Shown one piece after another: positions 51,506 to 61,864 of a DNA stretch of 64,000 nucleotides. The translations under genes were made by a program, and so were the position numbers. Within the stretch, counting starts at the first letter, position 1. Every line of letters starts with the position of its first letter. The DNA is from a virus (taxonomy: Duplodnaviria; Caudoviricetes). The notes below the pieces were generated by a model. It saw only the letters and a program-made list of their open reading frames with translations, was not told the origin of the DNA and did not search any database. Location: IMG/VR virus record IMGVR_UViG_3300035703_002708; one strand, given 5' to 3'.

Positions 51506-52258
51506 CTACAACATAGTTTCAGATAGTTCCCACAACTTGGTGTTGATTTTGTTTGACACTTGAATGTCTTTGATTGTCCGTAGTTGAGTTTTACGACCCT
51601 TACTTGATGAATAACTCACACCACCACGGATGAACTTTTCTTGAACCACGTTGAAGGTCTGCCACAAAGAGTCACCATTATCTTCCACACGATTTGGAAT
51701 AAGAAGTTGTTCGTAGTTAAGATTGGTTGGAACTTGACCCATAAACCAACGAATTTCTGATGCACTTTTGGCGAATTTTAATTTTTCATCCATATTAAGT
51801 TGGCGTTCCATCATTTTATTAACGGAGTTCTGTAATACGGGGAGAGTTTTTGAGAAATCTTCTGTAACCCTTTTTACATCATCCAAATTGAATCCTGAGT
51901 GACGAACTTTGAACTCTTGTGCCGATGAAGTTGGAACCGTAAGACCATTAGAACATACCAAACGAAATAGTCCTGTTTGAATATTCAAAGTAGAAAGTCC
52001 GTTGTGTGAGTTTGAGATGATTGCCTCAATTAGAGTGTCACCTACCTTTGGTAATTCTTGGTGACGAAAACGAAGTTGGTGTAATGAGTGGATACCTGAA
52101 CCACGTTGAGTTGCGCTTGATACTTGCCAACCTTCACGTTCGAAGTTTTCCAAGATTTCAAATGTTGGGACAAATGAATACTTATTTGACAATTTAGAAG
52201 ATGGAGAAGTTGCGAATACCGCTGGTGCTACCGATTTGATTTCTGCGAGTGTCATCAT
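51506..52258 (-). CDS. DUF932 (DUF945) family protein
   Basis: SNKYSFVPTFEILENFEREGW, HQLRFR, NSHNG, GLFRLVCSNG, LWQTFNVVQEKFIRGG; promoter TTTG-N19-TATATTTG 52280-52310. Confidence 0.85.
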   Translation of the reverse strand: MMTLAEIKSVAPAVFATSPSSKLSNKYSFVPTFEILENFEREGWQVSSATQRGSGIHSLHQLRFRHQELPKVGDTLIEAIISNSHNGLSTLNIQTGLFRLVCSNGLTVPTSSAQEFKVRHSGFNLDDVKRVTEDFSKTLPVLQNSVNKMMERQLNMDEKLKFAKSASEIRWFMGQVPTNLNYEQLLIPNRVEDNGDSLWQTFNVVQEKFIRGGVSYSSSKGRKTQLRTIKDIQVSNKINTKLWELSETML

Positions 52259-52346
52259 ATGTTTAGTTGTTTTGTTTGACAAATATAGAAAGGATTTTTG
52301 AATCCACAAAATTATTTTGATATATTTATAAGGAAATATTAAAATT

Positions 52347-53756
52347 ATGAAAAAGATTGTGAAACTAACTGAATCTGACCTACAAAGAATTATAGAAAAG
52401 GTTATAAGTGAAGAAAAAACGCCATCAGAAGAGAAAAAAAAATTGGCAATGAAACATTTAAGAAAAATTTCTGAGTATTTGAAAAATTATGATATCGAAA
52501 AGGAGGATTTTCCTGGTGCGGATATGACTTATCTAATCAATATGTTCGAGAAAATCGCTGACCACCAAGATATTAAGTTGTAATGACAAAAAAACAAGAG
52601 GCATTATTAAAAATTGTTGAAAGGTTCGGAGTTGAGAGGGCCGCCAAATCAACAGGTTTAAGTTTGTTTGAAATTTATAATGAACTTGATGGTCATTTGG
52701 AATTTACCCCTGAAATTTGTTTGGAACTTTTGGAAGATATGTTTAATAATACTTCGTTATTAAAACAAAGTGATGAAAATATTAGTTTAGAGTGGGGTGT
52801 TTTTACCGATGGTATTTGTACTTGGTATTATATCAATAGAAAGACTGGAGAAAAACTAACAGTTGCCGCAACCCCATTTTGGGATGGAGAACCTAATGTC
52901 CCTGTAAATTTAGAAGATTATGTTGTTGATAAATTTGACCCGAATACAAAAGAATGGACTATTGTATACCAAGAATATGCTGATATGTATGATACATTAG
53001 AATATGAAGATGTACCTGAAAAATTTGAAAGATTAAGTCATCTAATAAATTGGTTTAACGAAGTTTATTTTGAAGATGTCAAAGAGATTATATATGACGG
53101 ATTAAAATACCTAAGAAATAACGCAAAAAGAAAAGGAGTATGATATCTGAAAATATGACACAATTTCTGTATAGGTATCTTGATACTATATTTCATAAAT
53201 CTCAATTCAATAAAGAGGAGTTTGAAGATGAAAATGTTTATGAAATATTTTCTGAAGAATTCCATATTTCAATAGTGAAACTTACAACTAGAATAAGAGT
53301 TAGTGCAGATTTATTCCATAAAATGCATGGATTGTTTGGTGTAAGTTACGGTGATTTGGGAGATGTTATTAGAGATTACCTCTCTATGAAATTAGATTAC
53401 GATTTTACTTATTACCCTACTATACCATCCTAATGAAAATAATACTAACCGATAATAAATTAGAAAAAATAATGTTAAGGTATATCCAAGACATTATGAA
53501 AGTGGATTTAGAACCAACCGTTGATGGTGATAATCTCTACTATAGAGATAGTAATGGTGATATATTCCTAAAAGTTGATATGACGTTTCCACGGTCAATA
53601 GATGTTTTACTTTCCTATGACTTCTATATCAAAATGTTTAGATATTTCAAAGCAGACCCAACTGAATATCACAGATTACTCAAATCAGTTATAGAAAAAA
53701 TAACAAAATTAGAAGTTAAAGAAATTATACCATCTTTGATGGGTTATGAAGATTAA
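52347..53756 (+). CDS. four hypothetical proteins (52347 LTESDL leader; 52583, paralog of 23515; 53140; 53433)
   Basis: TATTTAT 52323-52329; 52583 shares GLSLxEI, ATP(Y/F)xD and LxxW(Y/F)N with 23515. Confidence 0.7.
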
Positions 53757-54565
53757 CTCAAAAGTTTGTAAAAGGTTTTGAACTCTTTAAGTCTATGGTC
53801 AAGACCTATCGTACCACCATTTACTCTTTTAGTAACAGATGTAACAACCTCATCAGTCGCACCTCTATCACAAATCGACCAAAGGTTATTATTATTAAAG
53901 AAAAATGCCGCTGAGGCTAGTGGATATTTTGTTGCCACTAAATCAGGATTAGCAACACAATCTTCACCTATAAACTTAGTGAAAGTTTTATAATTGTCTT
54001 TTCCTGTGAGCTGGATATAGCCCCTCCCTCGAAACTTATACCCTTCTTTTGATGCCTCATCACCATTACCCATTCTTCCACCATATACTTTTGACGCAAT
54101 CTTCTCAGGTTGTTTAGCATATGACTCGGCTAAGTTGCCAGGGAAATATTTACCAAATATTTTTTTCAGTCCATCAACTGAATAATTCAAATTTTCACTT
54201 GTTACTTTAAATCCACCACTTTCGTGAGAACACTGAGCCAAAAAGTGAGCCAATCTTAAATTGTTTGTTATATTAAATTTTGATGCGGTTTCAGAAATCT
54301 GAACCAATACTGAGTCAGGAATATGACCTTTTAATTTATCAATATTTAATCCTGTTACAGGTTGAATTACCACATCTTCTTTTAATATTATACCAAGTTT
54401 TGATAATGTCGTAGGACCAGCAACTCCATCAGCGGTTAGACCATTTTTTGTTTGCCATTCTTTTAATGCCTTTTCAGTTTTGGGACCGAAATCACCGTCA
54501 GCAACTAAACCTAATTTTTCTTGTAACAATTTAACTTCGTTACTTTTCATTCCAAGTTTTAACAT
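53753..54565 (-). CDS. endolysin: peptidoglycan-binding domain plus glycoside hydrolase family 19
   Basis: ADGDFGPKT..WQ..GLTADGVAGPTT; LAHFLAQCSHESGGF..ENLNYS; FRGRGYIQLTGKDNY; TKRVNGGTIGL. Confidence 0.93.
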   Translation of the reverse strand: MLKLGMKSNEVKLLQEKLGLVADGDFGPKTEKALKEWQTKNGLTADGVAGPTTLSKLGIILKEDVVIQPVTGLNIDKLKGHIPDSVLVQISETASKFNITNNLRLAHFLAQCSHESGGFKVTSENLNYSVDGLKKIFGKYFPGNLAESYAKQPEKIASKVYGGRMGNGDEASKEGYKFRGRGYIQLTGKDNYKTFTKFIGEDCVANPDLVATKYPLASAAFFFNNNNLWSICDRGATDEVVTSVTKRVNGGTIGLDHRLKEFKTFYKLLS

Positions 54566-54634
54566 AACATAATTTTTATCATAAATATTTTACGATTATG
54601 ATATTTTTAAGTATTTATGGAAAAATAATACTTA

Positions 54635-56395
54635 ATGACAAAGTTCCAAAGAAGAAGCATTTACTTATCCGCTTTAATTACGATATTATTTCTCCTTTAC
54701 AAATACTCATTAACATCTGGGTTTATAAATCATAATAGATATACTGATTTATTTGAGGTAATTTACTTCATTTCAACATCCATTATAACTTTCAAGTTGT
54801 TTCACGATTTAATAACAAGAAACAGAAAATACGAACAAAACCAACTTAATTCTAAGAAATTTAATGGGGTTTTATTAAATCAATCTTATAACCCCGATTA
54901 CTATAGTGGTGATATTAACCAAGCGGCAAAAACTATGACCAAAGAAGCGGTAGAAACTCTAAATGCCGACAGATGTTCAATTTGGTTATATAATAAAAGT
55001 AAATCTTCAATATCTTGTGTTGAATTATATGTAAAATCAGAACTACTTTGGTATCAAGATATTAAGTTATATAAAAAAGATTACAAACCCTATTTTGATT
55101 ATATCGAAGGAAACCCAATTATAGTTGCAGATAATGCCGAAACTCACCCTGGTACAGAATGTTTTACAGAAAGTTATTTAAGACCACTAGGTATCAAATC
55201 TATGTTAGATGTTCCAATTATTTTCAAGGGTAATGTTATGGGGGTTGTTTGTATTGAATCATATGACCAAAGAAATTGGACTACTGAAGAATTAAATTTT
55301 GCTCAGATGTTATCTTCGTTCTTTTCTTTTTCATATTCAATTAAGGAAAACTTAAAACTAAATGACCAATTTGAAAAGTTTGACAATTTTGTTGATTACT
55401 CTGTTTTGATTAGTAGAACTGACAGACAAGGAAAAATAACATATGTTAATAATAAGTTTGAGCAAGTCTCAGGATATTCCTTAGAAGAGGTTTTGGGTAA
55501 AGACCATAAGATATTAAATTCAGGACAACACCCAAGGGATTATTGGACAAATATGTATAAAGTTGTTGTCAAAGACAAACTTATTTGGAATGATATTGTA
55601 ACGAATAGAAATAAGGATGGAAATTTATATTGGGTTGATTCGTATATAAAAGGTGAGTTCGATAGTAATGGTAGGTTGACAGGTTTTGTATCATTAAGAT
55701 ATGATGTTACGGATTTGATAAAAAAATCACATGAGATAGAAAAAAAGAATACTTACTTAGAACACGCAGCAAAAATCATTAGACACGATATGCATTCTGG
55801 TATAAATACATACATACCAAGAGGTGTTAGTTCGTTAGAAAGAAGGTTAAAACCCGAAGATATTCAAAATTTGAAGATTGAATCTCCACTCAAAATGATA
55901 AGAGAGGGATTGGTCCATACCCAAAAAGTTTATAAAGGAGTTTATGAATTTACCAACTTGGTTAAAAAAGATGCGGTATTTCATACATCAACTCATGACT
56001 TGAAAGAAATATTAACAAATTATTTAAATTCTACATCTTATAAAAGTCAAGTATTAATTTCTGACTTGGTAACAACAAATGTTAATGAATCACTTTTTTG
56101 CACTGCGGTGGATAACCTGATACGCAATGGTCTAAAATATAATGATTCGGACACAAAAGTCGTAAAAATATTTATGGAATCTGACAATGTCATAGCAATA
56201 CAAGATAACGGTAGAGGTATGTCTCAGATGGATTTCGAATATTTATCTAAACCATATGTTAGAAAAGAAGGTCAAAGAGAATCCGGTACTGGTCTTGGAT
56301 TGAATATTTGTTTGGCAATTATGGAAGAACACGGATTTGAACTTACCTGTGAAAAAAATAACATAGGTACAAAAATGAAAATAAAAATTAAATAA
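54635..56395 (+). CDS. membrane sensor histidine kinase (2 TM - GAF - PAS - HisKA - HATPase)
   Basis: GAF (IKSMLDVPI), PAS (ITYVNNKF..SGYSLEEVLGKDH..RNKDGNLYWV), H-box IIRHDMH, N-box DNLIRNGLKY, DNGRGM, GTGLGL. Confidence 0.93.
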   Translation: MTKFQRRSIYLSALITILFLLYKYSLTSGFINHNRYTDLFEVIYFISTSIITFKLFHDLITRNRKYEQNQLNSKKFNGVLLNQSYNPDYYSGDINQAAKTMTKEAVETLNADRCSIWLYNKSKSSISCVELYVKSELLWYQDIKLYKKDYKPYFDYIEGNPIIVADNAETHPGTECFTESYLRPLGIKSMLDVPIIFKGNVMGVVCIESYDQRNWTTEELNFAQMLSSFFSFSYSIKENLKLNDQFEKFDNFVDYSVLISRTDRQGKITYVNNKFEQVSGYSLEEVLGKDHKILNSGQHPRDYWTNMYKVVVKDKLIWNDIVTNRNKDGNLYWVDSYIKGEFDSNGRLTGFVSLRYDVTDLIKKSHEIEKKNTYLEHAAKIIRHDMHSGINTYIPRGVSSLERRLKPEDIQNLKIESPLKMIREGLVHTQKVYKGVYEFTNLVKKDAVFHTSTHDLKEILTNYLNSTSYKSQVLISDLVTTNVNESLFCTAVDNLIRNGLKYNDSDTKVVKIFMESDNVIAIQDNGRGMSQMDFEYLSKPYVRKEGQRESGTGLGLNICLAIMEEHGFELTCEKNNIGTKMKIKIK

Positions 56396-56406
56396 CCTAA
56401 CCTAAA

Positions 56407-56841
56407 ATGATTGAATCAATATTATTAGTTGACGATGAAGACCTGTTTCATTTGGTATTTGAAGACGCATGCTCTTTATTGGAGATAAGTTTGTCTTTAA
56501 AATCTGTAAATAGTTCAGATGAGGCTGCGAGAATGTTTAAGCAGTGGTATGAAACAAGTAGTAAAGAAAAACCTGAATGTGTGTTTGTTGACCTAAACAT
56601 AGTAGGTTCCTCTTTTGATGGAATTGAATTGATTAGAAAAATAAATTTTGAATATGGAAACCACGTTATTATCGGAATAATCTCATCATCAAACGAACCA
56701 GAAGAACAAGCAAAGGCAATCAAAGCAGGTGCTCAATTTTGGATTATAAAATCTGATGATATTGAACCAAGATTAGAGGAGTTCAAAAAGGATTACGAAG
56801 GATATAAAAATAGAACCGCACCATTTAAGATTTACAAATGA
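56407..56841 (+). CDS. single-domain response regulator
   Basis: LLVDDED, phospho-Asp FVDLN, DGIELIR, ISSS, IIKSD. Confidence 0.93.
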   Translation: MIESILLVDDEDLFHLVFEDACSLLEISLSLKSVNSSDEAARMFKQWYETSSKEKPECVFVDLNIVGSSFDGIELIRKINFEYGNHVIIGIISSSNEPEEQAKAIKAGAQFWIIKSDDIEPRLEEFKKDYEGYKNRTAPFKIYK

Positions 56842-57515
56842 TAACTTTTAACAAACAAACTAAACAACAATTAATTAATATTTGTAAGACAAGGAACATT
56901 TGTCTTGAGGGGAATATTATCAGAGTTATTGATTATTCAGGTGATACTGAATTTGAACAATATGTGAAAACTTGTTTGGAAAAAGATAAGGAAATGAGAA
57001 AAAAAAGATTGGAGATTACAAAACAAGTCCAATCTAAAAATAATGAATTAGAGTCATTAAACAAAGAAAATCAAAGGATTTTGGAAGAATTGACAGAGAG
57101 TTTGAAATCTGTTGAGGAATCCAAAATACAATACGAGGTTCAAAATAGGGAACTCATTCTTTGGAAAGAAGAAAACGAAAAAATTAGTTTGGAATTACAA
57201 CAAGAAATGTTAAAATCTGAACAAGCAAGAGTTGAGGCTGAAAATGCTAAAAAAACTGCAGAAAACGATTTAGATGTTTTACAAAAGAGAACTCAAACTC
57301 AACTGATTGAAAGGATTGTCAAAGTATCGTTGGGTGTTATTATTACTGTTGGTTTGATTACCACAATTATGTATGGAATTGCTTTATTTACTGAAAAAGA
57401 TACTCAGATTATCGGTTCAACTTGGGCCAATATGTTTGGTATATTACTTACAAATGCATTTAGTATTATTGGAACAATAATGGGTGTTAAATACGCATCT
57501 AAAGAAACAGAATAA
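56838..57515 (+). CDS. coiled-coil protein with two C-terminal TM helices
   Basis: E/K/Q heptad region followed by two hydrophobic helices; ATGA-coupled to the receiver gene. Confidence 0.75.
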   Translation: MITFNKQTKQQLINICKTRNICLEGNIIRVIDYSGDTEFEQYVKTCLEKDKEMRKKRLEITKQVQSKNNELESLNKENQRILEELTESLKSVEESKIQYEVQNRELILWKEENEKISLELQQEMLKSEQARVEAENAKKTAENDLDVLQKRTQTQLIERIVKVSLGVIITVGLITTIMYGIALFTEKDTQIIGSTWANMFGILLTNAFSIIGTIMGVKYASKETE

Positions 57516-59144
57516 TTATTTCATGAATTCAGATAATCTATCTGATAACATTTCGTTAAAATAATTTTCATTTGCGTCTGGAATATAACTGTCATCAAAA
57601 TTCCATCTCGGTTTGTCAAAACCATAATCATCAACAACAATTCCGTCAAAAATACATCCATAATCTGTGTCACCGCAATTCTCTAATAATTCAAAAAACC
57701 ATTCATCATTTGAAACATGATTATCAACAAAAGATTGTAAATCAATTTGGAGTACAGCACCCTCATCATTTAGTTTCAAGACTGTTCCATATTCTTCTAA
57801 TCTTGACTTCAAATGTTCTCTCAGAGTATCAATATAATCATCCGCCTCAGCGTCATTAACTGACGAAGATATAGCATTTCTCACTTCATAATCATTATCG
57901 AACTCCTCTATCAAACTAGTTGTTGAGTCCTCTTTATGTTCTTCGGGATTTTCTGACAAAGAAATCAAATACTCTCTAATTTTTTTCTCGTTCTTGTCAT
58001 TCAAATAATAACTCACCGCACCTTCCCAATCAGCATTATCAAAATTTTGCCATATTTCCCAAGGGTCGGTAAGTAATGTTTCGAAAAAATATGACTTAGA
58101 TTCTCTTTTAAATCCTTGAGCGTCAGTCCATTTTCTTCTACTCATAACCCAATTTCCATCAACATAATTGTCGATTTGTTCAACAGGTATTTCTAATGTA
58201 AAAGTTGGAAAACTTGGTAATTCAATCAGACCCATCTCTTTAAGTTTTTTTCTCAAAGAATATGATTCAAAAAGTTCAGGTCTTTGTTCATAAAGTTCTT
58301 TAATTGTCTCATCAGGTAAATCTGTAATCTTAAAATCTAAGTTTGATGCATATTCAGAACCAAAACCTTGTATGAGGTAATCTTCTTGTTCTCCACCACC
58401 ACCTAAAACAAAAAATAAAGGTAAAATATATTGGTGGAACTCTTCTTGTGGTTTGCTATTTTTGGGTCCTTTTAATTGATATAAAATACCATCATTACCG
58501 ATAGATGCGGTCAAATGACTTCTATTGAGTGTAAATTTTCCACCAGGTAATTTTTTTGTTTCTCTTAAAGAATATAGATTATTATTAGAACCTGTTCTTC
58601 CGCAGTGACCCATTCTTTTACATTCTTCATCAGAAGAGTTCGTATTCAAATCAACCCAATAAAACCCTTCTCCATTTTCGTTTCTGAAATCTTTAACGAT
58701 TGTATTTTCTTCAATATAATTAATATCTCCTTGACCCAAACTTAATGAGTCGTGCCACTCTCTTGATTTATCGTATAATTCTGAAAATTCTAAATTTTGG
58801 TATTGATTTAATCTACCATTAAGACCGACTCTAACCCAATCCATTATTGATTGAATTCGTTGTCTATCTGATGATGGGATATTTTTTAGTTTATTTATCT
58901 GAACAATCACATCTTTCTCAGTAGTACCCTCTTGATATTGCGAAATAGTGTCTAAAAACCTTTTCATCCATTTTTTGAACATTATAACTGCTAAACCGCC
59001 ACAAGTTCTATCGAACCATTCTGCAATTTCAGGGTCAAGACCAATTTTATTTATTAATACATCTTTTTTGGATGCTTCGGTAATCAAATTACGAACACCC
59101 ATTATTTTTTGTATCTTGACTATATTTTTATCTAACTTTTTCAA
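57516..59144 (-). CDS. PcfJ-like domain protein with LITE leader
   Basis: SREWHDSL, EECKRMGHCG, LYSLRE, QLKGPKNSKP. Confidence 0.6.
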   Translation of the reverse strand: MKKLDKNIVKIQKIMGVRNLITEASKKDVLINKIGLDPEIAEWFDRTCGGLAVIMFKKWMKRFLDTISQYQEGTTEKDVIVQINKLKNIPSSDRQRIQSIMDWVRVGLNGRLNQYQNLEFSELYDKSREWHDSLSLGQGDINYIEENTIVKDFRNENGEGFYWVDLNTNSSDEECKRMGHCGRTGSNNNLYSLRETKKLPGGKFTLNRSHLTASIGNDGILYQLKGPKNSKPQEEFHQYILPLFFVLGGGGEQEDYLIQGFGSEYASNLDFKITDLPDETIKELYEQRPELFESYSLRKKLKEMGLIELPSFPTFTLEIPVEQIDNYVDGNWVMSRRKWTDAQGFKRESKSYFFETLLTDPWEIWQNFDNADWEGAVSYYLNDKNEKKIREYLISLSENPEEHKEDSTTSLIEEFDNDYEVRNAISSSVNDAEADDYIDTLREHLKSRLEEYGTVLKLNDEGAVLQIDLQSFVDNHVSNDEWFFELLENCGDTDYGCIFDGIVVDDYGFDKPRWNFDDSYIPDANENYFNEMLSDRLSEFMK

Positions 59145-59452
59145 AATCTTTCTTTTTTTGCTTGGAAAAATTCAAAATCCCACCCTGACCCGTATTTCCA
59201 AACGTCTAAACTAAAGTACGATTCAACCTTTTCAATAATTTCCTTTTTCAGTGTCTTCAAATCGTACCAATTCTTTTGACTTTTCAAATTATTAATTGTA
59301 ACAATAATTCTAATGACCTCTATTGTTCTTTCTTCTTCAGGAAGTTCAGGGGATGAACCCAAATAAGAATTAACTTTCTCAAAATCAACATCCATAACTT
59401 CAGGAAAAGACCTTAAAATAACTTGTTCAATAAGTGGAACTAATTTATGCAT
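59141..59452 (-). CDS. hypothetical protein (dispersed paralog family)
   Basis: LIEQVILRSFPEVMDV resembles 30954 and 36926. Confidence 0.65.
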   Translation of the reverse strand: MHKLVPLIEQVILRSFPEVMDVDFEKVNSYLGSSPELPEEERTIEVIRIIVTINNLKSQKNWYDLKTLKKEIIEKVESYFSLDVWKYGSGWDFEFFQAKKERF

Positions 59453-59454
59453 AA

Positions 59455-60603
59455 TTACACTCTATACTTATTTTCATATTTAGGTTTCGGCAACATATCC
59501 ATATGTAAATCCCACTCCTTGATTGACTTTTTCTCACCAATTAAAGAGTATAGTTTTGACAATTTCTTCAACATTTCAGAAGATACTTGTTTTAATTTTT
59601 TTTCCTCAAACTTAAAGAAATTTAAAGGATTGTCTTTAAATTTTGTGACCTCATTTGAGAAATTAATAATCAATTCTTGTTTGTCAGGACCATAAATACC
59701 GAACAATTGCTCGAAAAAATCCGTAGTTATCAAATGTTTGTAATTACTTACTATACTATTACTTAGATTTATATAAAATAGTTCAAGTGCTCTTTTTATT
59801 TTTTCTTCGTCTGTTTTGTAATTTTGTAATTCACCAACCTGTTCCAATAGTTCATCGATTTTATCCATATAATTTGACATATCACTAATCAGTCCTTCTA
59901 ATGAAAACCTGTTAATTTCTTGATACATTTTATATGTTTGATTCGACAATAAAAAATCGTGGAACATATCTCTAGACACTCCTAGTTTCTTAATATGTGA
60001 ATGAACTTCTGCCGGTCTCACAATATTTTCAGTCATAGATGCGTAATATAAATAATGAGTAAATTTCCTTAATGGTGGAATATCAAATCTTGTTTCTTGA
60101 ACACCTGAATACCTTGCCCTTCCTTTAATTGTTTCGTGAGGTCTTTTAAAATCGTCGTAAGCGTGCATCAATTCGTGACTGAAAGACGATTGTATTTCAG
60201 GTTCCTCAATTTGAATTAATTCCAAAACTTGTGAAAATTTTGTTGGTTTTTGTTCAGGAATCGCAATACGAACCGATAGTGTTAAATCTTTGGACTTTGA
60301 AGTGATTAATTTATTTGGTAGTTCTGGTTGAGATGACATATGAATTCCCATACCATAAAACAGTGGTTCATCTATGTCATCACTTGTGGGAAAACTTAAA
60401 TTTATTGTGACTGATTTGAAATTGAAATCCCCAATTTTGAATCTTCCTTGTAATTCAAATGGATAGTTTTCAGTTGGGTCGATTATGTTATCACCCTCGT
60501 TTTCTACTTCTCTTTCAAAAGATTTGAAAATTCTTTTTGAGACGTTTTCTATGTTAGCGGGAACTCCTACCGCTTCAAATATATCTTGTTTTGAAATTCG
60601 CAT
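59455..60603 (-). CDS. putative zincin metallopeptidase
   Basis: SHELMHAYD (HExxH) plus downstream Glu; ATAAATA 60620-60626 upstream. Confidence 0.6.
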   Translation of the reverse strand: MRISKQDIFEAVGVPANIENVSKRIFKSFEREVENEGDNIIDPTENYPFELQGRFKIGDFNFKSVTINLSFPTSDDIDEPLFYGMGIHMSSQPELPNKLITSKSKDLTLSVRIAIPEQKPTKFSQVLELIQIEEPEIQSSFSHELMHAYDDFKRPHETIKGRARYSGVQETRFDIPPLRKFTHYLYYASMTENIVRPAEVHSHIKKLGVSRDMFHDFLLSNQTYKMYQEINRFSLEGLISDMSNYMDKIDELLEQVGELQNYKTDEEKIKRALELFYINLSNSIVSNYKHLITTDFFEQLFGIYGPDKQELIINFSNEVTKFKDNPLNFFKFEEKKLKQVSSEMLKKLSKLYSLIGEKKSIKEWDLHMDMLPKPKYENKYRV

Positions 60604-60626
60604 AATTTACCTTATTGAGATAAATA

Positions 60627-60782
60627 TTACAAATTTTCCTTTTGTTCTGTATTAATTTCGTGTAGATTACCTATTTTACGTAATCTTTCTATGTCTTCAG
60701 ATGTGACAATTGCGGTCTGCCCATCATCTGACATAACCATAAAAGTGTCATCGTCTATTTTTTCTAATATTGTTACTTTCAT
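60627..60782 (-). CDS. small hypothetical protein (51 aa, not in track)
   Basis: MKVTILEKIDDDTFMVMSDDG... ORF fills the gap. Confidence 0.55.
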   Translation of the reverse strand: MKVTILEKIDDDTFMVMSDDGQTAIVTSEDIERLRKIGNLHEINTEQKENL

Positions 60783-60796
60783 AACTTAACTATATA

Positions 60797-60828
60797 AAAA
60801 ACCCCGATTTTAGGTCGGGGTTTTATTG
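60797..60828 (-). terminator. intrinsic terminator
   Basis: AAAAACCCCGA-TTTTAGG-TCGGGGTTTT. Confidence 0.7.
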
Positions 60829-60830
60829 AT

Positions 60831-61256
60831 TTACATCACCTCAACTACCTCTAAGTCAAAAAATAATTTCTTACCTGCCAAAGGATGATTTGCGTCCAAC
60901 ACAGCGGTGGTCTCTTTAATCTCTTTTACTAAGACATTAAACACTCCTTGAGGACCATTAGCCTGTAACATCATTCCTTCAAAAATATCTTCAGGAAGAA
61001 CTGATTTCTCAACTTCTTGATACATCTCCTCATTTACATCTCCGTATGCTTCATTCGGTTCAATCTCAATAGTTTTGGTTTCTCCGACCGTCATATCAAT
61101 TAATCCTTTTTCGAAGCCAGGGATAAGTTGTCCTTGACCCAAAGTTACGGTTAGTGGTTGCCTACCTTCAACCATAGATGAATCAAATACAGAACCATCT
61201 TCAAATTTACCTGTGTAATTTACCTTTACGGTATCCCCGTTTTCAATTTTTTTCAT
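60831..61256 (-). CDS. slyD: FKBP-type peptidyl-prolyl isomerase, SlyD-like without His tail
   Basis: GDTVKVNYTG..EDGSVFDSS, GQLIPGFEKGL, AYG, LDANHPLAGKKLFFDLEV. Confidence 0.92.
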   Translation of the reverse strand: MKKIENGDTVKVNYTGKFEDGSVFDSSMVEGRQPLTVTLGQGQLIPGFEKGLIDMTVGETKTIEIEPNEAYGDVNEEMYQEVEKSVLPEDIFEGMMLQANGPQGVFNVLVKEIKETTAVLDANHPLAGKKLFFDLEVVEVM

Positions 61257-61319
61257 ATTTCTAATTTTTAAGAAACATACTAATAAATTTATTCATTATC
61301 AACCCCTATGTGAATATTA

Positions 61320-61778
61320 TTATAACCATTCAGGTTTATAACCTGTTTTCCACACCAAAATATCTTTCTTTGCATTCCTATAATAGTTTCTGTAAGATTC
61401 AACTACATCATCCACTTTGTATTCATCAGGCATCGCTTTCGGTTGAGGAGTCAATCCGATATCAGGAATATTTGGTCGATTTACCAAACACCAATCTAAT
61501 ATGGCTTTACTCTTATGAATTTTACCATATCGGTTTTGATACTCGTTACACAAAGCAAATCCCAAATCTGTTAACCAAACATAATTAGAATACGACTCAC
61601 GAGCCCAAATAGCACAAGGGTGGTTTTTGTGACTTAATAAGTAAGGTGCTTCACCACCTGTTGCCCAATGAACACCACATAAAAGTTGGGCGGTTTCCAA
61701 TATCATTTTAACACAATGTTTGTCACAGTGGTCTTTTGCACACTTCTCGATGTCGGTATCTAATACGAAAATATTCAT
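61320..61778 (-). CDS. pyrimidine dimer DNA glycosylase / endonuclease V-like
   Basis: MNIF.LD....CA..HCDKH.VKMILETAQLL, SHKNHPCAIW, YRYG-like RYGKIHKS, AMPDEYK; TACATTTG 61783-61790 upstream. Confidence 0.75.
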   Translation of the reverse strand: MNIFVLDTDIEKCAKDHCDKHCVKMILETAQLLCGVHWATGGEAPYLLSHKNHPCAIWARESYSNYVWLTDLGFALCNEYQNRYGKIHKSKAILDWCLVNRPNIPDIGLTPQPKAMPDEYKVDDVVESYRNYYRNAKKDILVWKTGYKPEWL

Positions 61779-61864
61779 AGCACAAATGTAAGTTTTCTTT
61801 TGTTAACAAACAAGAAAATCGGTCAAAATCTCAAATTATATCAAAAATTTTGATATTTATAGGT

